Source: Bdellovibrionota bacterium (lineage in GTDB: Bacteria; Bdellovibrionota_C; UBA2361; JBIKWN01). Taken from it: a stretch of DNA of 16,870 nt. How positions within the stretch are numbered: the stretch's first letter is position 1; each line of letters opens with the position of its first letter. The position numbers and the translations under genes were made by a program. Below are positions 14,542-16,870 of this stretch, in pieces. The DNA lies in NCBI GenBank assembly GCA_044356295.1, contig JBIKWN010000055.1:1-16870 (forward strand), read 5' to 3'. A model generated the notes under the pieces. It made no database searches and was not told the origin of the DNA. It saw only the letters and a program-made list of their open reading frames with translations.

Positions 14542-15823
14542 AGAGGATCTTTTCAGCAAGCTCTCGTGAAGAGCGTATATCACTTCGTATTATTATATCT
14601 GATGTTTCCGCATAACGCTTGAACCTTTCTTTTAAAAGTTCAGTCAAGGTTTCTTTGATAGGTTTGCCTTTTAGAAGTGGCCTATCTGTGGATTTACTAA
14701 GACGAGATTCTAGGGTATCGATTGAGCTCCAAAGCCAAAACGAAGTTCCATTGTTTTTCATATGAACTCTATTCTTTTCATTTAGAACTGCGCCTCCTCC
14801 ACATGCAATAAAGTCAGCATGAGATGATCTGATAATATTTTCTTCAAGTTTTCGAAAATATATCTCTCCTTGAGTGGCAAATATTTCATTTATACTCATA
14901 TGAGCCGCTTTTTCAATCTCTTGGTCTGTATCAAGTGTCGAATATCCAAGCGCCGCAAGTTCTTGAAGTACAGATGATTTACCAGACCCCATTAAGCCAA
15001 TTAAGTAAAAGCACCCTTTTGAATCTGTTTTTTTTGATTGTAGAAGGGAGTCTAATGACTGAATTTGCTGGTCGCTTAAATTCTTATCAGTAAAGAGTGA
15101 ATAGTTTTTTATTGCCTGACCGATAAGCCAATCAAGACCTGATGCAGTTTGAATCATTGCGTTTTTGGCGGCTTTAGTGACCTCTGATTCAGAGCGATAT
15201 GTCGCATCAAGAAGTACAGCATCTTTATGAAAGTAAAATCCAGTAGGCAAAGTAACATCTGGCGGTATTGTAGAGATAACAATTGAAGCCTGAGAAAATA
15301 AATTTTTTGCATCTTCAGAAGTAAACTCGATTGCATTCAATCGAGTTGTTCGTGCTATGTACCGAGATGGTATTTGTATCGAATCTAAGGCTTCTTTGCA
15401 TGCCCTTGCAGCTCCGCCATTACCAAGAATTACTGCTGACAGGTTTGCTGGATTAGAAATATCTATTTTCTTTGAAAGGGCACTAAGCACACCGAAAGTA
15501 TCGGTATTATATCCCTTCCAGAGAAAATTATTAGCAGAATCCTCATTTGTTTTTGTTTTAATAAAAGTATTTACTACCCCGGTTGATGCTGCATCAGCGT
15601 TTTTGCTGGTAGTCAGTGAGAAAAAATCTTCTTTAAACGGCGCAGTAATATTAAATCCTGAAATATCTAACTCGTTTGCAAGGCCTAGGGCTTCTTTGGC
15701 AGAATCTGCTGCAATTCTAGTATAAATATGATCGTTTAAATTATTTTCCTTAAAAGCAAAATTAAAAAGAATTGGACTTTTAGAGTATAGAATTGGATTT
15801 CCGGTGACAGCAAAAAGCTTCAT
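14519..15823 (-). CDS. aroE: Bifunctional shikimate dehydrogenase - shikimate kinase (AroE-AroK fusion)
   Basis: AroE motifs [26 protein letters not shown] and GNGGAARA. AroK motifs GLMGSGKSS (Walker A), [22 protein letters not shown] and RPLL. Confidence 0.93.
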   Translation of the reverse strand: MKLFAVTGNPILYSKSPILFNFAFKENNLNDHIYTRIAADSAKEALGLANELDISGFNITAPFKEDFFSLTTSKNADAASTGVVNTFIKTKTNEDSANNFLWKGYNTDTFGVLSALSKKIDISNPANLSAVILGNGGAARACKEALDSIQIPSRYIARTTRLNAIEFTSEDAKNLFSQASIVISTIPPDVTLPTGFYFHKDAVLLDATYRSESEVTKAAKNAMIQTASGLDWLIGQAIKNYSLFTDKNLSDQQIQSLDSLLQSKKTDSKGCFYLIGLMGSGKSSVLQELAALGYSTLDTDQEIEKAAHMSINEIFATQGEIYFRKLEENIIRSSHADFIACGGGAVLNEKNRVHMKNNGTSFWLWSSIDTLESRLSKSTDRPLLKGKPIKETLTELLKERFKRYAETSDIIIRSDIRSSRELAEKILYEISSTR

Positions 15824-16632
15824 AGCGTTTGTACATGCTGATAGAGAGACCTAACTTTTTTCATCAGTATTTCATACTCTTCTGGTGGAAGGGCTTGATC
15901 TTTATCGCAAAGAGCTTCATCTGGCTGCCAATGGACTTCAATCATAATTCCATCTGCACCAACAGCTACGGATGCAAGAGAGAGTGGTTCAATGAGTTCT
16001 CTTCTACCAGTTCCGTGAGTTGGATCGACTATGACAGGAAGATGAGTAAGCGTTTTTACTGCTGCAACTGCATTTAAATCGAGCGTGTTTCTGGTGTGAG
16101 TTTCAAAAGTTCGAATCCCTCGCTCACAAAGAATTACATCTTTGTTACCTTCGGCAAGGATGTATTCAGCGGCATATAGCCACTCTTCGATTGTTGAATG
16201 CATTCCTCTTTTTATTAGTACTGGCTTGGAAGCTTTCCCAACTTCTTTTAGAAGAGAGAAATTTTGAATATTTCGAGCTCCAACCTGTAAGATATCTGCA
16301 TATTCACTAACCCATGCAACATCTCTTGGATCCAAAACTTCGGTAACAATTGGAAGTCCTGTTTCTTTTCTTGCAGCAGCTAATATTTTTAAACCTTCAA
16401 GTCCTAAACCTTGAAAAGAGTAGGGTGAAGTTCTAGGTTTAAATGCACCTCCACGTAGAATATTTCCGCCATGTCGTTTTACGATTTTGGCTGTTTCAAT
16501 AGTTTGCTCTTTGGTCTCAACAGAGCAAGGACCTGCCATAACACAAAAGCCTTCACCAATCGTGATGTCACCGACAGTAACTGTACTTTTATGGTTTTGA
16601 TCTTGTTTTTTAACGAGGCGAAGATCCTTCAT
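15820..16632 (-). CDS. aroF: 3-deoxy-7-phosphoheptulonate (DAHP) synthase, type I-beta, no regulatory extension
   Basis: [48 protein letters not shown] and IEVH. 270 aa. Confidence 0.96.
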   Translation of the reverse strand: MKDLRLVKKQDQNHKSTVTVGDITIGEGFCVMAGPCSVETKEQTIETAKIVKRHGGNILRGGAFKPRTSPYSFQGLGLEGLKILAAARKETGLPIVTEVLDPRDVAWVSEYADILQVGARNIQNFSLLKEVGKASKPVLIKRGMHSTIEEWLYAAEYILAEGNKDVILCERGIRTFETHTRNTLDLNAVAAVKTLTHLPVIVDPTHGTGRRELIEPLSLASVAVGADGIMIEVHWQPDEALCDKDQALPPEEYEILMKKVRSLYQHVQTL

Positions 16633-16640
16633 TGCAAAAT

Positions 16641-16669
16641 AGTATAGTGAGATTTAGATGATAAGACGA
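16641..16669 (-). promoter_or_regulatory. Putative promoter of the aro operon (possibly leaderless transcript)
   Basis: Minus strand TCGTCT, 17-nt spacer, TATACT; the -10 box ends 8 nt before the aroF ATG and there is no Shine-Dalgarno sequence. Confidence 0.45.
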
Positions 16670-16719
16670 GGTTGGGAGGGTAAAAATCAGCTACTTAATT
16701 TAGAATTTAATCAAGAAAA

Positions 16720-16870
16720 TCAGATCTTATGGCAATAATACACAGCCTCGTTGCCATGAAGCCATGTAATTGAAGGCGGTGTAAAACCAGCATGTTCTAG
16801 TATTTTAAACTGAACAGAGAGCTTCTCTGGATTATCAGAGGCGATGTGCTCTAACCAAACCTCAAGTTCG
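16720..16870 (-). CDS. 3' end of a probable class I SAM-dependent methyltransferase (partial, runs off the window)
   Basis: Hand translation from 16869 gives ELEVWLEHIASDNPEKLSVQFKILEHAGFTPPSITWLHGNEAVYYCHKI*. The pattern W..h...d.p....q...L..AGF......w......K resembles CmoA-like methyltransferase C-termini. Not in the ORF track because the start is outside the window. Confidence 0.55.
   Translation of the reverse strand, partial: ELEVWLEHIASDNPEKLSVQFKILEHAGFTPPSITWLHGNEAVYYCHKI

Noticed and set aside
10560..16077. Short ORFs overlapping the aro operon (10560, 10916, 12014, 12587, 13037, 13556, 14000, 15154, 15357, 15829)
   Set aside because: Antisense or alternate-frame shadows of well-conserved enzymes.
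1..16870. CRISPR arrays, tRNA/rRNA genes, transposases, integrases, riboswitches
   Set aside because: No repeat-spacer pattern, RNA gene signature or mobile-element motif was seen by eye, and intergenic spaces are short. A covariance-model scan was not possible.

Overview
AT-rich bacterial window with three blocks. (1) Left, minus strand: two tandem, divergent 5-formyltetrahydrofolate cyclo-ligase (MTHFS/MTHFSD-like) paralogues. (2) Centre (about 1.8-10.5 kb): an unusual nucleotide/pterin metabolism cluster. It holds a 736-aa non-canonical GTP cyclohydrolase II with an intact Zn site, a Tyr105-equivalent replaced by Arg and a second degenerate GCH II-like domain; a GlmS/FrlB-like double-SIS sugar-phosphate isomerase; a tandem T-fold QueD/PTPS-like protein; a LOG-family plus cytidine-deaminase fusion; and a convergent 703-aa protein with a C-terminal nucleoside phosphorylase-like domain. 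(3) Right, minus strand: a tightly coupled shikimate/phenylalanine operon (aroF, aroE-aroK fusion, aroA, aroC, pheA with a degenerate dehydratase domain, and a stand-alone prephenate dehydratase without ACT) lacking aroB and aroD/aroQ, preceded by the 3' end of a probable SAM methyltransferase. The best candidate for an undescribed system is the GCH II-like/SIS/QueD-like operon, which could be a FolE-independent route from GTP to a pterin or 7-deazapurine precursor. All family calls come from motif recognition by eye, with no database search.
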